Positions 14,203-28,100 of a stretch of DNA of 64,000 nt are shown here, piece by piece. The notes under the pieces are model-generated. The model worked only from the letters and a program-made list of their open reading frames with translations, did not search any database and had not been told where the DNA came from. Within the stretch, counting starts at the first letter, position 1. Each line of letters starts with the position of its first letter. Source of the DNA: Balanoglossus misakiensis (lineage: Eukaryota; Animalia; Hemichordata); contig CM082589.2 in the NCBI GenBank assembly GCA_040954595.2, positions 9,684,894 to 9,748,893 of the forward strand, written 5' to 3'. The position numbers were made by a program, and so were the translations under genes.

Positions 14203-16989
14203 AAATTTAGAGGACTGGAACACCTAATGAAGTGCATGTGTTAACTTTAACACACTAATTATGTATATGAGCTATTTAAAGTTAAGCAATAAAGCGTAGA
14301 AGTCTGCTTTTTGTTGGACACTGATCAGTTTGGTATCAAATTTTGTTGGCACATTTTGCCTCACCTCTGGCGTACTTTACCATTTCTGGGCATCCACAAC
14401 AGACACAGCCTCTGCTTTCTGTTGGAACCATGCTTAACACCTTGGTCCCTCCAATGCTACTTTTAGTTGTAATTGTCTTCTTCATGGCGGCCATATTGGA
14501 TTTTCTAATAAGCTTTAAAGGTTGACATTTTCATAAACTACAGGGCCAATCAAGTTCTAATTTACTGTGCGGTTGAAAGTTTGATAAAATATCATTAGTG
14601 GTCATGTGACTTTTGGTGCCTTATTGGATTTTTTAAAAATCTCATTCAAAAATTACGAAAATCTTTTTCTAATCAAGTTTTCAAGTGAATTGTGATTGGT
14701 TTAACCTTATCAGAGCCAAATTGGATTTTCTGAACTCCGATTAAAAGCTAAAATTCCTTTTTTTATCCTACTCATTGAAAGCACACAAATTCTTTCTGTG
14801 GATACGAGTCACCATATGACTAGAATATGTTACATTTTTTGACAACTTTCATATGTTCTTTGATCCAGTTTTTTTTCAGTATTTGATTAAACAATTTGTT
14901 GGTGACTCTTGCATGTCCTTTGATCCAGTAATTCCATAACTTAATTTTATGTGGATATGGCTCTTGATAAAAAGCTCAACAGTCATGATTTTGTTCAAAG
15001 AGTACTACTGCTGCCAGGACATAACCCAAATATTTTGATAATTTTGGCAATGACCTTTGATGTACTTTCCCATAACCTGGCCTGCACAACAGATACAGCC
15101 TTCAGATTTTTAGGCCTTAAACACCTAATAAAGTATTAAACTTTAACACAAAAGTTGTGTACATAAGCTTTTTCTAGTTAACCAATTGAGAATAAAAGTC
15201 TGTTTTTTTGTTGAACACTGATCAGTTTGATGTCAAAATTTGTTGCCACAAATTTCCGTGACCTCTGGCTTACCTACCATTTCTAAGCATCCACAACAGA
15301 TACAGAGTTTGCTTTCTGTTGGAACCATGCTAACTGCTTTGGTCCCTGTAATGCTGCATGTTCCTTTAATTGTCTTCTTCAGGGTGGCCATATTGGATTT
15401 TCTGATAACCTTTAAAAGATGACAGTTCTTTTCCAAAACTACAGGGACAATCAAGTTCGAATATACTGTGCAGTTCAAAGTTTGACTGTAATATTGCTAG
15501 TAGTCATGTGACTTAGAATTCCTTATTAGATTTTTGAAAAATATCATTAAAACACTTTTTCTAATCAAGTTTTCAAGTGAATTGTGATTGGTTAAACCTT
15601 ATTGGAGCCAAATTGGATTTTCTGAACAACGATTTAAAACTAAGATTTCCTATTTATGGCCTACTCATTGATAGCACAAACATTATTTATATGTATATGA
15701 CTCACTATATGACCAGAATATGTTACCATTTTTGGCATATTGCACATGTCCTTTAATCCAGTTTTTCCAACACTTAATAATACAAATTTTTAGGCAACTT
15801 TCATTTGTCTTTTGATCCAGATCTTTCAGAACTTAATTAAAGTTTATTGAAGCCAAATTGGATTTTATGAATTCTGATTAAAAACTTTGATTGCACACCA
15901 ATTCTTTTTATAGATACGAGTCACCATATGACCAGAATACGTTGCATTTTTTGGCAACTTTCGCATGTACTTTGATCCATTTTTTTTTCAGAACTTAATT
16001 ATTCGTGGATATGCCTCTTGTTGAAAAGCAAAACAGTGATGATTTATTTTTCACACGAATAGTACTGCTGCCAGGACATAACCCAATTTTTTTGATAATA
16101 TTGGCATTGAACTTTGTCCTAAGTTTGGCACCTGTATTCTTTTCTGAATATCTTATGGCGACTAGACTAATAGCACTAGAGGTTTGGTTTTTGATGTATA
16201 TGGACAAGTATGGGACTTAGCTTTTTTTGTTACATTTGGAATCCACTGGACCAATGTTGAGCTTATTAAATATGTGAATATCTAATGCTGAGCTTACCCA
16301 TATTGTTACAGGTTGAATTTTTTATGAACATGCTCTACTATTGGACTTAATTTTTTTGCTGAATTTCTTGACCAATGATAACCTTATAAATATGTGCTTA
16401 CGTAATTGTAGACTAGATAATGAAGCTTTGAGTCTGGGTTTTCTTGAACATTCACCAGTATGCGATCACATTTTTTTCTGACATTTTTGTTAGCTTTGGT
16501 TACCTTAAACCTATTTTCCCTGCCTTGGCATGCACAGCAGATAACGCCTTCAAATTTTGAGGGCTGGAACACCTAATTACCAGGTTAACCAATAGAGCCA
16601 GAAGTCTTGTTTTTCATTTTACACTGATAATTTTGGAAGAAACATTTGTTGACAATTTTGGGTGAGCTCTTGGTGACCTTTGATCTGCTTTCCTATATAC
16701 ATAGCAGATACAGCATTGGCACTCTCTGGTATCCATAGGAACTGCTTTGACCTAGCCAATGTTTGTTGCACTTTATTTTTTTTTCATTAATTGACGATAT
16801 GTACCCCTTGACCCGCAGTATGTTGGGTTGGGCTGGCTTGCCAAATTAATCCTATTATTATCATTGATTTCATGCATTTAATTCTTTCATTCTTTTTTTT
16901 TTGTAGGTCCCACCGGTACTCTTCTCCTTCTCTCTCTCTTTCTTTCTTTCTTTCTTTTTTTCTCTTCTTTTCTCTTTTTTTTCTTTTTT

Positions 16990-17526
16990 TCCCTGTAGGC
17001 CCCAATGGTAACACCATAATCAACCTACTAACGTAAAATTTGATGGATGGATGGAGCGGAGTGTCAACCATAGTCAACCTACTAATATAAACTTTGATGG
17101 ATGGATGGAGGGGAGCGTCAACCATAGTCAACCTACTAATATAAACTTTGATGGATGAATGGAGCGGAGCGTCAACCATAGTCAACCTACTAATATAAAC
17201 TTTGATGGATGGATGGAGCGGAGCGTCAACCATAGTCAACTTACTAAAATATAAACTTTGATGGATGGATGGTGCCGCGGAGCGTCAACTTAAAGGATGG
17301 AGAAGTGGAAGGATGGAGAAGTGGAGTTTTTTCTCTGTTTTTTCCTCTTTTTCTTTCCTGTAGGGCACACTGGTAACACCATAATCAACCAACTAACGTA
17401 AAATTTGATGGGAGGATGGAGCGGAGAGTCAACCATAGTCAACCTACTAATATAAACTTTGATGGATGGATGGATGGAGCGTCAACCTAAAGGATGGAGA
17501 AGTGGAAGAATGGAGAAGTGGAGTTT
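16990..17526. repeat. 54-bp minisatellite with (GGAT)n core, in two related blocks
   Basis: CAACCATAGTCAACCTACTAATATAAACTTTGATGGATGGATGGAGCGGAGCGT repeats with period 54; block heads at ~16990 and ~17355. Confidence 0.9.
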
Positions 17527-19126
17527 CAACATAATATCCTATTGACCAAAATTATAAGATAGAGTAATATAGACGTACAAAACGAGGTGATCGTAATATA
17601 AAACTTAATAGTCCAATAAATCGGGTTAATAATTGGTAGTGATTACTTGTTTTAAAATTAGGTTAACAGCAATGGCTTTGTGCAGGGTATGATAATAGGT
17701 TCCGAAATGTGTATGGTATAATAACGGTGAACAAATTTGAATTTGGTTTAATAAAAGGGTTACAAATGTGATGATGGTTTTATGGTAAAATTTGAGTGTA
17801 CACAGGTTATAAAGGGGTAACAACGGTTGCTTGTATGAAGGGAATAATATTAGGGTAACAAATGTGGTATAAAGGTATAACGGGTTTATAATATGATGAT
17901 GGCTTGTGTACACAGGTTATAATGGGTATATGAATGAGAAGGGTATAATAATAGTAATAACTGTGTCGGGTTTAATAAGGGTAACAATTGTGCAAGGGTA
18001 TAATAACGATTAATAATTGTGGTGATGGCTTATGGTGATATTAAGTATAAAAAGGGTGTTAATATTGATGATGATGACAGAGGTATAATAATGATAAAAT
18101 GTTAAATAAGTGTCCAAGGTCTAATAATCATGTTGGTTCATTCATTGGTTAATGTGTATATTTTATGAATAACATGCTATTATTTCTCAGATAGATAATA
18201 CTCGTCAGCATCGTTATTCGGTGGAATTTCTCGCAACGGTACCCGTGATTGTATTCGCGCATCGACACATTGTACGCGACAGACAGGCAGAAAATGTTAG
18301 CACAATGTTAGGTTAGCTTAACCTCCCCACCCCATCCAAATTCCAAATTTAGCTTAGATCATGGGGTGAGAGGAGGAGAGGACAGTTTTTTTTCCCTCTT
18401 TTGTAATTGGTATGAGGTTTTTTAACTGCCCTTTAGGCGCGTAAATTAGATGTGTGTTATCATACATGTAGTTATCTTGCTTTATTTTAAAACAATTGTG
18501 AATGAGCTCTGCGAGATTATGTACACGATAGTGTATTATATAACGCTAAGGTAAAAGTAAACTTAACCCACTAACCCATCACACTATTGTGTGCATAATT
18601 AGCAGATGCTATTTTGACTGGCCCATTGTTCAACCAAATGACACCTTGTTTCAAAAAGAGCTGAAACTATATTGGTTAATTTCTTTCAGTTTAACCACAT
18701 GACACATTGTTTCAAATTGGCCTGCAAGATATGCTACTTGAACTCCCCCCCCCCCCACCCCCACCCCCCCCAAAATAATAAATTAGGGATTAATCACTCG
18801 CTATATTATGAACATTCACATGAAAATTATGCAACCAATTTAAAGGTATTCTGGAGGCGTCTTCTGATGTCAGGTGGTTCAAATCCACCGATACCTAAGC
18901 TGGAAACATAACTTTTCATTGGTGTTCATATATGGCGAATAAAACATGCATATTCGTATTATCATATTTCAGATATGAACGAATTGAAATAGATTCTTTT
19001 CGATATGATTTCAGAAATGAACGAATTCAAATAGATTCTTTTCGATATGTCACTATAAACTTTAATCCCATTTCACCCCTTTTACTCAAAATGTAATGTT
19101 TAAATAGCAAAGAAGTTAATCACTAA

Positions 19127-22100
19127 ACGTTGACACCGGGGTTTAAAATGCATACAGGGATACTAAAAGTTGACTGAAATCCCTGGGTTAATACGTGTCC
19201 AAAAGCAATTTTATTTGACATTGCTAATGCAACGATGACATTGAATCTGATTCTTTGCATTAGGGGGAATGGCGATGCAAGCTTGATGATGCAGCCAGGT
19301 AGATAGTGATGCAAACACTTCACTTTGACATAGGTATTTAATGCATGTGCATGGGTATTTAATGTTGACTGTAAATCCCCAGGTTAATACGTGGCCAAAA
19401 GCACTGTAATTTGACATTGCTAATGCTACCGTGACACTAAATCTGATTCTTGCATCAGGGTAAATTGTGAAGCAAGCTTGATGATGCATCATGATAGATG
19501 GTGTTTCAAGCCCTTCATATTGACATTGGAATATAACGCATATGGGGATTTAAAGTTGATTGTATATCCTCAGGTTAATACGTGGCCATAAGCACTGTAA
19601 TTTGACATTGCTAATGCAACGATGATATTGAATCTGATTCTTTGCATCAGGGTAAATGGCGATGCAAGCTTGATGATGCATCCCGGTAGATAGTGATGCA
19701 AACACTTCACTTTGACATGGGTATTTAATGCATGCGCATTGATATTTAAAGTTGACTCTAAATCCCGAGGTTAATACATGGCCAAAAGCACTGTAATTTA
19801 AAATTACTAATGCAAGCGTGACATTGAATATGGATAAATGGTGAAGCAAACGTGATGATGCATCAGGATAGATGGTGTTTGAAGCCCTTCACATTGACTT
19901 TTGAATATAATGCATATGGGGATTTAAAGTTGATTGTAAATCCCTAGGTTAATACATGGCCAAAAGCACTTTTATTTGACATTGCTAATGCAACGGTGAC
20001 ATTGAATCTGATTCTATGCATCAGGGTAAATGGCGATACAGGCTTGATGATGCATCACGGTAGATAGTGATGCAAACAGTTCACTCTGACATGGGTATTA
20101 AATGCATATGGGGATTTCAAGTTGATTACAAATCCCTGGGTTAATACGCACCCAAAAGCACTGTAGTTTGACATTGCTAATGAAATGGTGACATTGAATC
20201 TGATTCTATGCATCAGGGTAAATGGCGATACAGGCTTGATGATGCATCACGGTAGATAGTGATGCAAACAGTTCACTCTGACATGGGTATTAAATGCATA
20301 TGGGGATTTCAAGTTGATTACAAATCCCTGGGTTAATACGCACCCAAAAGCACTGTAGTTTGACATTGCTAATGAAATGGTGACATTGAATGTAATTCTT
20401 TGCATTAGGGGAAATGGCTAAAAGTTTAATGATGCATTGGAGTAGATGGTGATGCAAGCTATGCATTTTGACATAGGTATTTAATGCATGTGCATGGGTA
20501 TTTAATGTTGACTGTAAATCCCTAGGTTAATACTTGTCCAAAAGCACTGTAATTTAAAATTGCTAATGCAAGGGTGACATTGAATCTGATTCTTTGCATC
20601 AGGGCAAATTCTGAAGAATGCTTGATGATGCACCAGGGTCAATGGTGATGCAATCACTAAACTTTTACACCGGGGTTTAAAATGTATACAGGGGGATTAA
20701 AAGTTGACTGTAAATCCCCAGGTTAATACAAGTCCAAAAGCACTTTAATTTGACATTGCTAATACAACGGTGACATTTAATCTGATTCTTTGCATCAGGG
20801 AAAATGGTGAAGCAAGCTTAATAATGCATCGGAGTAAATGGTGATGCAAGCTCTGCACTTTGACATAGGTATTAAATGTATATGCATGGGTATTTAAAGT
20901 TGTCCGTAAATCCCGAGGTTAATACGTGGCCATAGGCACTGTAATTTGACATTGCTAATGCTACCGTGATACTAAATCTGATTCTTTGCATCAGGGTAAA
21001 TTGTGAAGCAAGCTTGATGATGTATCATGATAGATGGTGTTTCAAGCCCTTCACATTGACATTGGAATATAACGCACATGGGGATTTAAAGTTGATTGTA
21101 TGGCCAAAAGCACTGTAATTTGACATTGCTAATGCTACAGTGACATTGAATCTGATTCTTTGCATTAGGGCAAATGGCGAAGCAAGCTTGATGATGCATC
21201 ACGGTAGATATTGATGCAAGCACTTCGCTTTGACATAGGTATAAAATTCATATGGGGATTTCAAGTTGATTATAAATCCCTGGGTTAATATGTGGCCGAA
21301 AGCACTTTTATTTGCCATTGCTAATGCTATGGTGACACTGATTATTTGCATCAGGGTTAATGGCGAAGCAGCTTGATGATGCATCAGGATAGATGGTGAT
21401 GCAAGCTCTGCACTTTGACATGAGGATTAAATGCATGCTGAGGGGGATTTAAAGTTGTCAAAACAAACTTGATGATGCATCAGGGTAGAAGGTATTTCAA
21501 GCCCTTCACATTGACATTGGAATATAACGCATATGGGGATTTAAAGTTGATTGTAAATCCCCAGGTTGATACGTGGCCATAAGCACTGTAGTTTGACATT
21601 GCTAATGCTACCGTGACATTAAATCTGATTCTTTCCATCGGGGTAAATTGTGAAGCAAGCTTGATGATGCATCAGGACAGATGGTGTTTCAAGCCCTTCA
21701 CATTGACAATGGAATATAACGCATATGGGGATTTAAAGTTGATTGAAAATCCCTAGGTTAATACATGGCCAAAAGCACTGTAATTTAAAATTGCAAATGC
21801 AATGGTGACATTGAATGTCATTCTTTGCATTAGGGGAAATGGCGTAGCAAGCATAATGGTACATCAGAGTAGATGGTGATGCAAGCTCTGCACTTTGACA
21901 TAGATATTTAATGCATATGCATGGGTATTTAATGTCGACTGTAAATCCCCAGGTTAATATATGTCCAAAAGCACTGTAATTTAAAATTGCTAATGCAAGG
22001 GTGACATTGAATCTGATTCTTTGCATTATGGGGAATGGCGATGCAAACCTAATGATGCATCAGAGTAGATGGTGATGCAAGCTCTGCACTTTGACATAGG

Positions 22101-25100
22101 TATTTAATGTATATGCATGGGTATTTAAAGTTGTCTGTAAATTCCCAGGTTAATACGTGGCAATAAGCACTGTAATTTGACATTGCTAATGAAATGGTGA
22201 CGCTGAATGTGATTTTTTGCATCAGGGTAAATTGTGAAGCAAGCTTGATGATGCATCAGGATAGATGGTGTTTCAAGCCCTTCACTTGACATTGGAATAT
22301 AACGCATATGGGGATTTAAAGTTAATTGCAAATCCATAGGTTAATACATGGCCAAAAACACTGTAATTTAAAATTGCTAATGCAATGGTGACATTGAATG
22401 TGATTCTTTGCATTAGGGGAAATGGCGTAGCAAGCCTAATGGTGCATCAGAGTAAATGGTGATGCAAGCTCTACACTTTGACATAGGTATTTAATGGATA
22501 TGCATGGGTATTTAATGTTGACTGTAAATCCTCAGGTTAATACGTGGCCATAAGCACTGTAATTTGACATTGCTAATGCAACGGTGACATTGAATCTGAT
22601 TCTTTGCATAAGGGTGAATGGCGATGCAAGCTTGATGATGCATCACGGTAGATAGTGATGTAAACACTTCACTTTGACATGGGTATCAAATGCATATAGG
22701 GATTTGCTAATGCTACCATGACACTAAATCTGATTTTTTGCATCAGGGAAAATGGTGAAGCAAGCTTGATGATGCATCATGATAGATGGTGTTTCAAGCC
22801 CTTCACATTGACATTAGAATATAATGCATATGGGGATTTAAAGTTGATTGTAAATCCCCAGGTTAGTATACGGCCAAACGCACTATAATTTGACATTGCT
22901 AATGCAACAGTGACATTGAATCTGATTCTTTGCATTAGGGCAAATGGCGAAGCAAGCTTGATGATGCATCACGGTAGATATTGATGCAAGCACTTCGCTT
23001 TGACATAGGTATAAAATTCATATAGGGATTTCAAGTTGATTATAAATCCCTGGGTTAATATGTGGCCGAAAGCACTTTTATTTGCCATTGCTAATGCTAT
23101 GGCGACACTAAATCTGATTCTTTGCATCAGGGTAAATTGTGAAGAAAGCTTGATGATGCATCAGTATAGATGGTGTTTCAAGCCGTTCAAGTTAACATTG
23201 CAATATAATGCATATGGGGATTTGAAGTTGATTGTAAACCCGCAAGTTAATACATGGCCAAATGCTCAGTAATTTGACATTGCTGATGCTATGGTGACAC
23301 TGATTATTTGCATCAGGGTTAATGGCGAAACAAACTTGATGATGCATCAGGGTAGATGGTATTTCAAGCCCTTCACATTGACATTGGAATATAATGCATA
23401 TGGGGATTTAAAGTTGATTGTAAATCCCCAGGTTAATACATAGCCAAAAGCACTGTAATTTGACATGGCTAATGCTACTGTGATACTAAATCTGATTCTT
23501 TGCATCAGGGCATATAGCGAAGCATGCTTGGTGATGCATCAGGATCAATGGTGATGGAGACACTGCACTTTGACATGCGTATTTAATGCATATGCACAGA
23601 TGTTTAAAGTTGACTGTAAATCGCCAGGTTAATACGTGGCCAAAAGCACAGTAATTTGACATTGCGAATGCAACAGTGACATTTAATCTGATTCTTTGCA
23701 TTAAGGCAAATGGCGAAGCATGCTTGACGATGCATCACAGTAGATAGTGATGCAAACACTTCGCTTAGACATGGGTATAAAAAGCATATAGGGATTTCAA
23801 ATAGATTATAAATCCCTGTGTTAATACGTGTCCAAAAGCACTGTAATTTGACATTGCTTATGCAATGGTGACACTATATCTGATTCTTTGCATCAGGGCA
23901 AATGGCGAAGCAGCTTGATGATGCATCAGGATAGATGGTGATGCAAGCTCTGCACTTTGACATGGGGATTAAATGCATGCTGAGGGGGATTTAAAGTTGT
24001 CAAAACAAACTTGATGATGCATCAGGGTAGATGGTATTTCAAGCCCTTCACATTGACATTGGAATATAACGCATATGGGGATTTAAAGTTGATTGTAAAT
24101 CCCCAGGTTGATACGTGGCCATAAGCACTGTAGTTTGACATTGCTAATGCTACCATGACATTAAATCTGATTCTTTCCATCGGGGTAAATTGTGAAGCAA
24201 GCTTGATGATGCATCAGGACAGATGGTGTTTCAAGCCCTTCACATTGACAATGGAATATAACGCATATGGGGATTTAAAGTTGATTGAAAATCCCTAGGT
24301 TAATACATGGCCAAAAGCACTGTAATTTACAATTGCAAATGCAATGGTGACATTGAATGTCATTCTTTGCATTAGGGGAAATGGCGTAGCGAGCATAATG
24401 GTGCATCAGAGTAGATGGTGATGTAAGCTATGCATTGTGACATAGGTATTTAATGCCTATGCATGGGTATTTAATGTTGACTGTAAATCCCCAGGTTAAT
24501 ACATGTCCAAAAGCACTGTAATTTAAAATTGCTAATGCAAGGGTGATATTGAATCTGATTCTTTGCATCAGGGCAAATTCTGAAGAATGCTTGATGATGC
24601 ACCAGGGTCAATGGTGATGCAATCACTAAACTTTGACACCGAGGTTTAAAATGTATACAGGGGGATTAAAAGTTGACTGTAAATCCCCAGGTTAATACAA
24701 GTCCAAAAGCACCGTAATTTGACATTGATAATACAACGGTGACATTTAAACTGATTCTTTGCATCAGGGCAAATGGTGAAGCAAGCTTAATAATGCATCG
24801 GAGTATATGGTGATGCAAGCTCTGCATTTTGACATAGGTATTAAATGTATATGCATGGGTATTTAAAGTTGTCTGTAAATCCCCAGGTTAATACGTGGCC
24901 ATAATCACTGTAATTTGACATTGCTAATGCTACCGTGATACTAAATCTGATTCTTTGCATCAGGGTAAATTGTGAAGCAAGCTTGATGATGTATCATGAT
25001 AGATGGTGTTTCAAGCCCTTCACATTGACATTGGAATATAACGCATATGGGGATTTAAAGTTGATTGTAAATCCCCAGGTTAATACATGGCCAAAAGCAC

Positions 25101-28100
25101 TGTAATTTAAAATTGCTAATGCAATGGTGACATTGAATGTGATTCTTTGCATTAGGGGAAATGGCGTAGCAAGCCTAATGGTGCATCAGAGTAGATGGTG
25201 ATGCAAGCTCTGCACTTTGACATAGGTATTTAATGCATATGCATGGGGATTTAATGTTGACTGTAAATCCTCAGGTTAATACGTGGCCATAAGCACTGTA
25301 ATTTGACATTGCTAATGCAACGATGATATTGAATCTGAGTCTTTGCATCAGGGTAAATGGCGATGCAAGCTTGATGATGCATCTCAGTAGATAGTGATGC
25401 AAACACTTCACTTTGACATGGGTATTTAATGCATGCGCATTGATATTTAAAGTTGACTCTAAATCCCGAGGTTAATACATGGCCAAAAGCACTGTAATTT
25501 AAAATTACTAATGCAAGGGTGACATTGAATATGGATAAATGGTGAAGCAAACGTGATGATGCATCAGGATAGATGGTGTTCCAAGCCCTTCACATTGACT
25601 TTTGAATATAATGCATATGGGGATTTCATGTTGACTGTAAATCCTCAGGTTAATACGTGGCCATAAGCACTGTAATTTGACATTGCTAATGCAACGATGA
25701 TATTGAATCTGAGTCTTTGCATCAGGGTAAATGGCGATGCAAGCTTGATGATGCATCTCAGTAGATAGTGATGCAAACACTTCACTTTGACATGGGTATT
25801 TAATGCATGCGCATTGATATTTAAAGTTGACTCTAAATCCCGAGGTTAATACATGGCCAAAAGCACTGTAATTTAAAATTACTAATGCAAGGGTGACATT
25901 GAATATGGATAAATGGTGAAGCAAACGTGATGATGCATCAGGATAGATGGTGTTCCAAGCCCTTCACATTGACTTTTGAATATAATGCATATGGGGATTT
26001 AAAGTTGATTGTAAATCCCTAGGTTAATAATGGCCAAAAGCACTTTTATTTGACATTGCTAATGCAACGGTGACATTGAATCTGATTCTATGCATAAGGG
26101 TAAATGGCGATGCAGGCTTGATGATGCATCACGGTAGATAGTGATGCAAACAGTTCACTTTGACATGGGTATTAAATGCATATGGGGATTTCAAGTTGAT
26201 TACAAATCCTTGGGTTAATACGCATCCAAAAGCACTGTAATTTGACATTGCTAATGAAATGGTGACATTGAATGTAATTCTTTGCATTAGGGGAAATGGC
26301 TAAGCAAGCTTAATGATGCATTGGAGTAGATGGTGATGCAAGCTATGCATTTTGACATAGGTATTTAATGCATGTGCATGGGTATTTAATGTTGACTGTA
26401 AATCCCTAGGTTAATACATGTCCAAAAGCACTGTAATTTAAAATTGCTAATGCAAGGGTGACATTGAATCTGATTCTTTGCATCAGGGCAAATTCTGAAG
26501 AATGCTTGATGATGCACCAGGGTCAATGGTGATGCAATCACTAAACTTTGACACCGGGGTTTAAAATGTATACAGGGGGATTAAAAGTTGACTGTAAATC
26601 CCTGGGTTAATACAAGTCCAAAAGTACTTTAATTTGACATTGCTAATACAACGGTGACATTTAATCTGATTCTTTGCATCAGGGAAAATGGCGAAGCAAG
26701 CTTAATAATGCATTGGAGTATATGGTGATGCAAGCTCTGCATTTTGACATAGGTATTAAATGTATATGCAAGGGTATTTAAAGTTGTCCGTACATCCCGA
26801 GGTTAATACGTGGCCATAGGCACTGTAATTTGACATTGCTAATGCTACCGTGATACTAAATCTGATTCTTTGCATCAGGGAAAATGGTGAAGCAAGCTTG
26901 ATGATGCATCAGGATAGATGGTGTTTCAAGCCCTTCACATTGACATTAGAATATAATGCATATGGGGATTTAAAGTTGATTGTAAATCCCCAGGTTAGTA
27001 TACGGCCAAACGAACTGTAATTTGACATTGCTAATGCAAGGGTGACATTGAATCTGATTCTTTGCATTAGGGCAAATGGCGAAGCAAGCTTGATGATGCA
27101 TCACGGTAGATATTGATGCAAGCACTTCGCTTTGACATAGGTATAAAATTCATATGGGGATTTCAAGTTGATTATAAATCCCTGGGTTAATATGTGGCCG
27201 AAAGCACTTTTATTTGCCATTGCTAATGCTATGGTGACACTGATTATTTGCATCAGGGTTAATGGCGAAACAAACTTGATGATGCATCAGGGTAGATGGT
27301 TTTTCAAGCCCTTCACATTGACATTGGAATATAATGCATATGGGGATTTAAAGTTGACTGTAAATCGCCAGGTTAATACGTGGCCAAAAGCACAGTAATT
27401 TGACATTGCGAATGCAACAGTGACATTTAATGTGATTCTTTGCATTAGGGCAAATGGCGAAGCATGCTTGACGATGCATTACTGTAGATAGTGATGCAAA
27501 CACTTCGCTTTGACATGGGTATAAAAAGCATATGGGGATTTCAAGTTGATTATAAATCCCGATGTTTATACATGGCCAAAAGCACAGTAATTTGACATTG
27601 CTAATGCAATGGTGACATTGAATCTGATTCTTTGCATCAGCGTAAATGGCGAAGCATGCTTGATGATGCATCACAGTAGATAGTGATGCAAACACTTCGC
27701 TTAGACATGGGTATAAAAAGCATATAGGGATTTCAAGTAGATTATAAATCCCTGTGTTAATACGTGTCCAAAAGCACTGTAATTTGACATTGCTAATGCA
27801 ATGTTGACACTATATCTGATTCTTTGCATCAGGGCAAATGGGGAAACAGCTTGATGATGGATCAGGGTAGATGGTATTTCAAGCCCTTCACATTGACATT
27901 GGAATATAACGCATATGGGGATTTAAAGTTGATTGTAAATCCCCAGGTTGATACGTGGCCATAAGCACTGTAGTTTGACATTGCTAATGCTACCGTGACA
28001 TTAAATCTGATTCTTTCCATCGGGGTAAATTGTGAAGCAAGCTTGATGATGCATCAGGACAGATGGTGTTTCAAGCCCTTCACATTGACAATGGAATATA

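Larger units (their letters stand above)
1478..16760. repeat. ~0.9-kb macro-satellite, about 10 diverged units with a higher-order duplication
   Basis: Landmark ACCTCTGGC...GCTTTCTGTTGGAACCATGCT...GGCCATATTGGATTTTCT recurs at ~1478, 3235, 4132, 5488, 6588 (partial), 9736, 10630, 11660, 14360 and 15258, with a degenerate tail to ~16760. Confidence 0.9.

Noticed and set aside
3204-16220. Many 60-120-aa ORFs in the macro-satellite
   Set aside because: Frames are not conserved between unit copies, and no motifs are recognisable.
16787-17239. 150-aa minus-strand ORF with 18-aa repeats
   Set aside because: By-product of a 54-bp minisatellite plus a CT-rich tract; no coding support.
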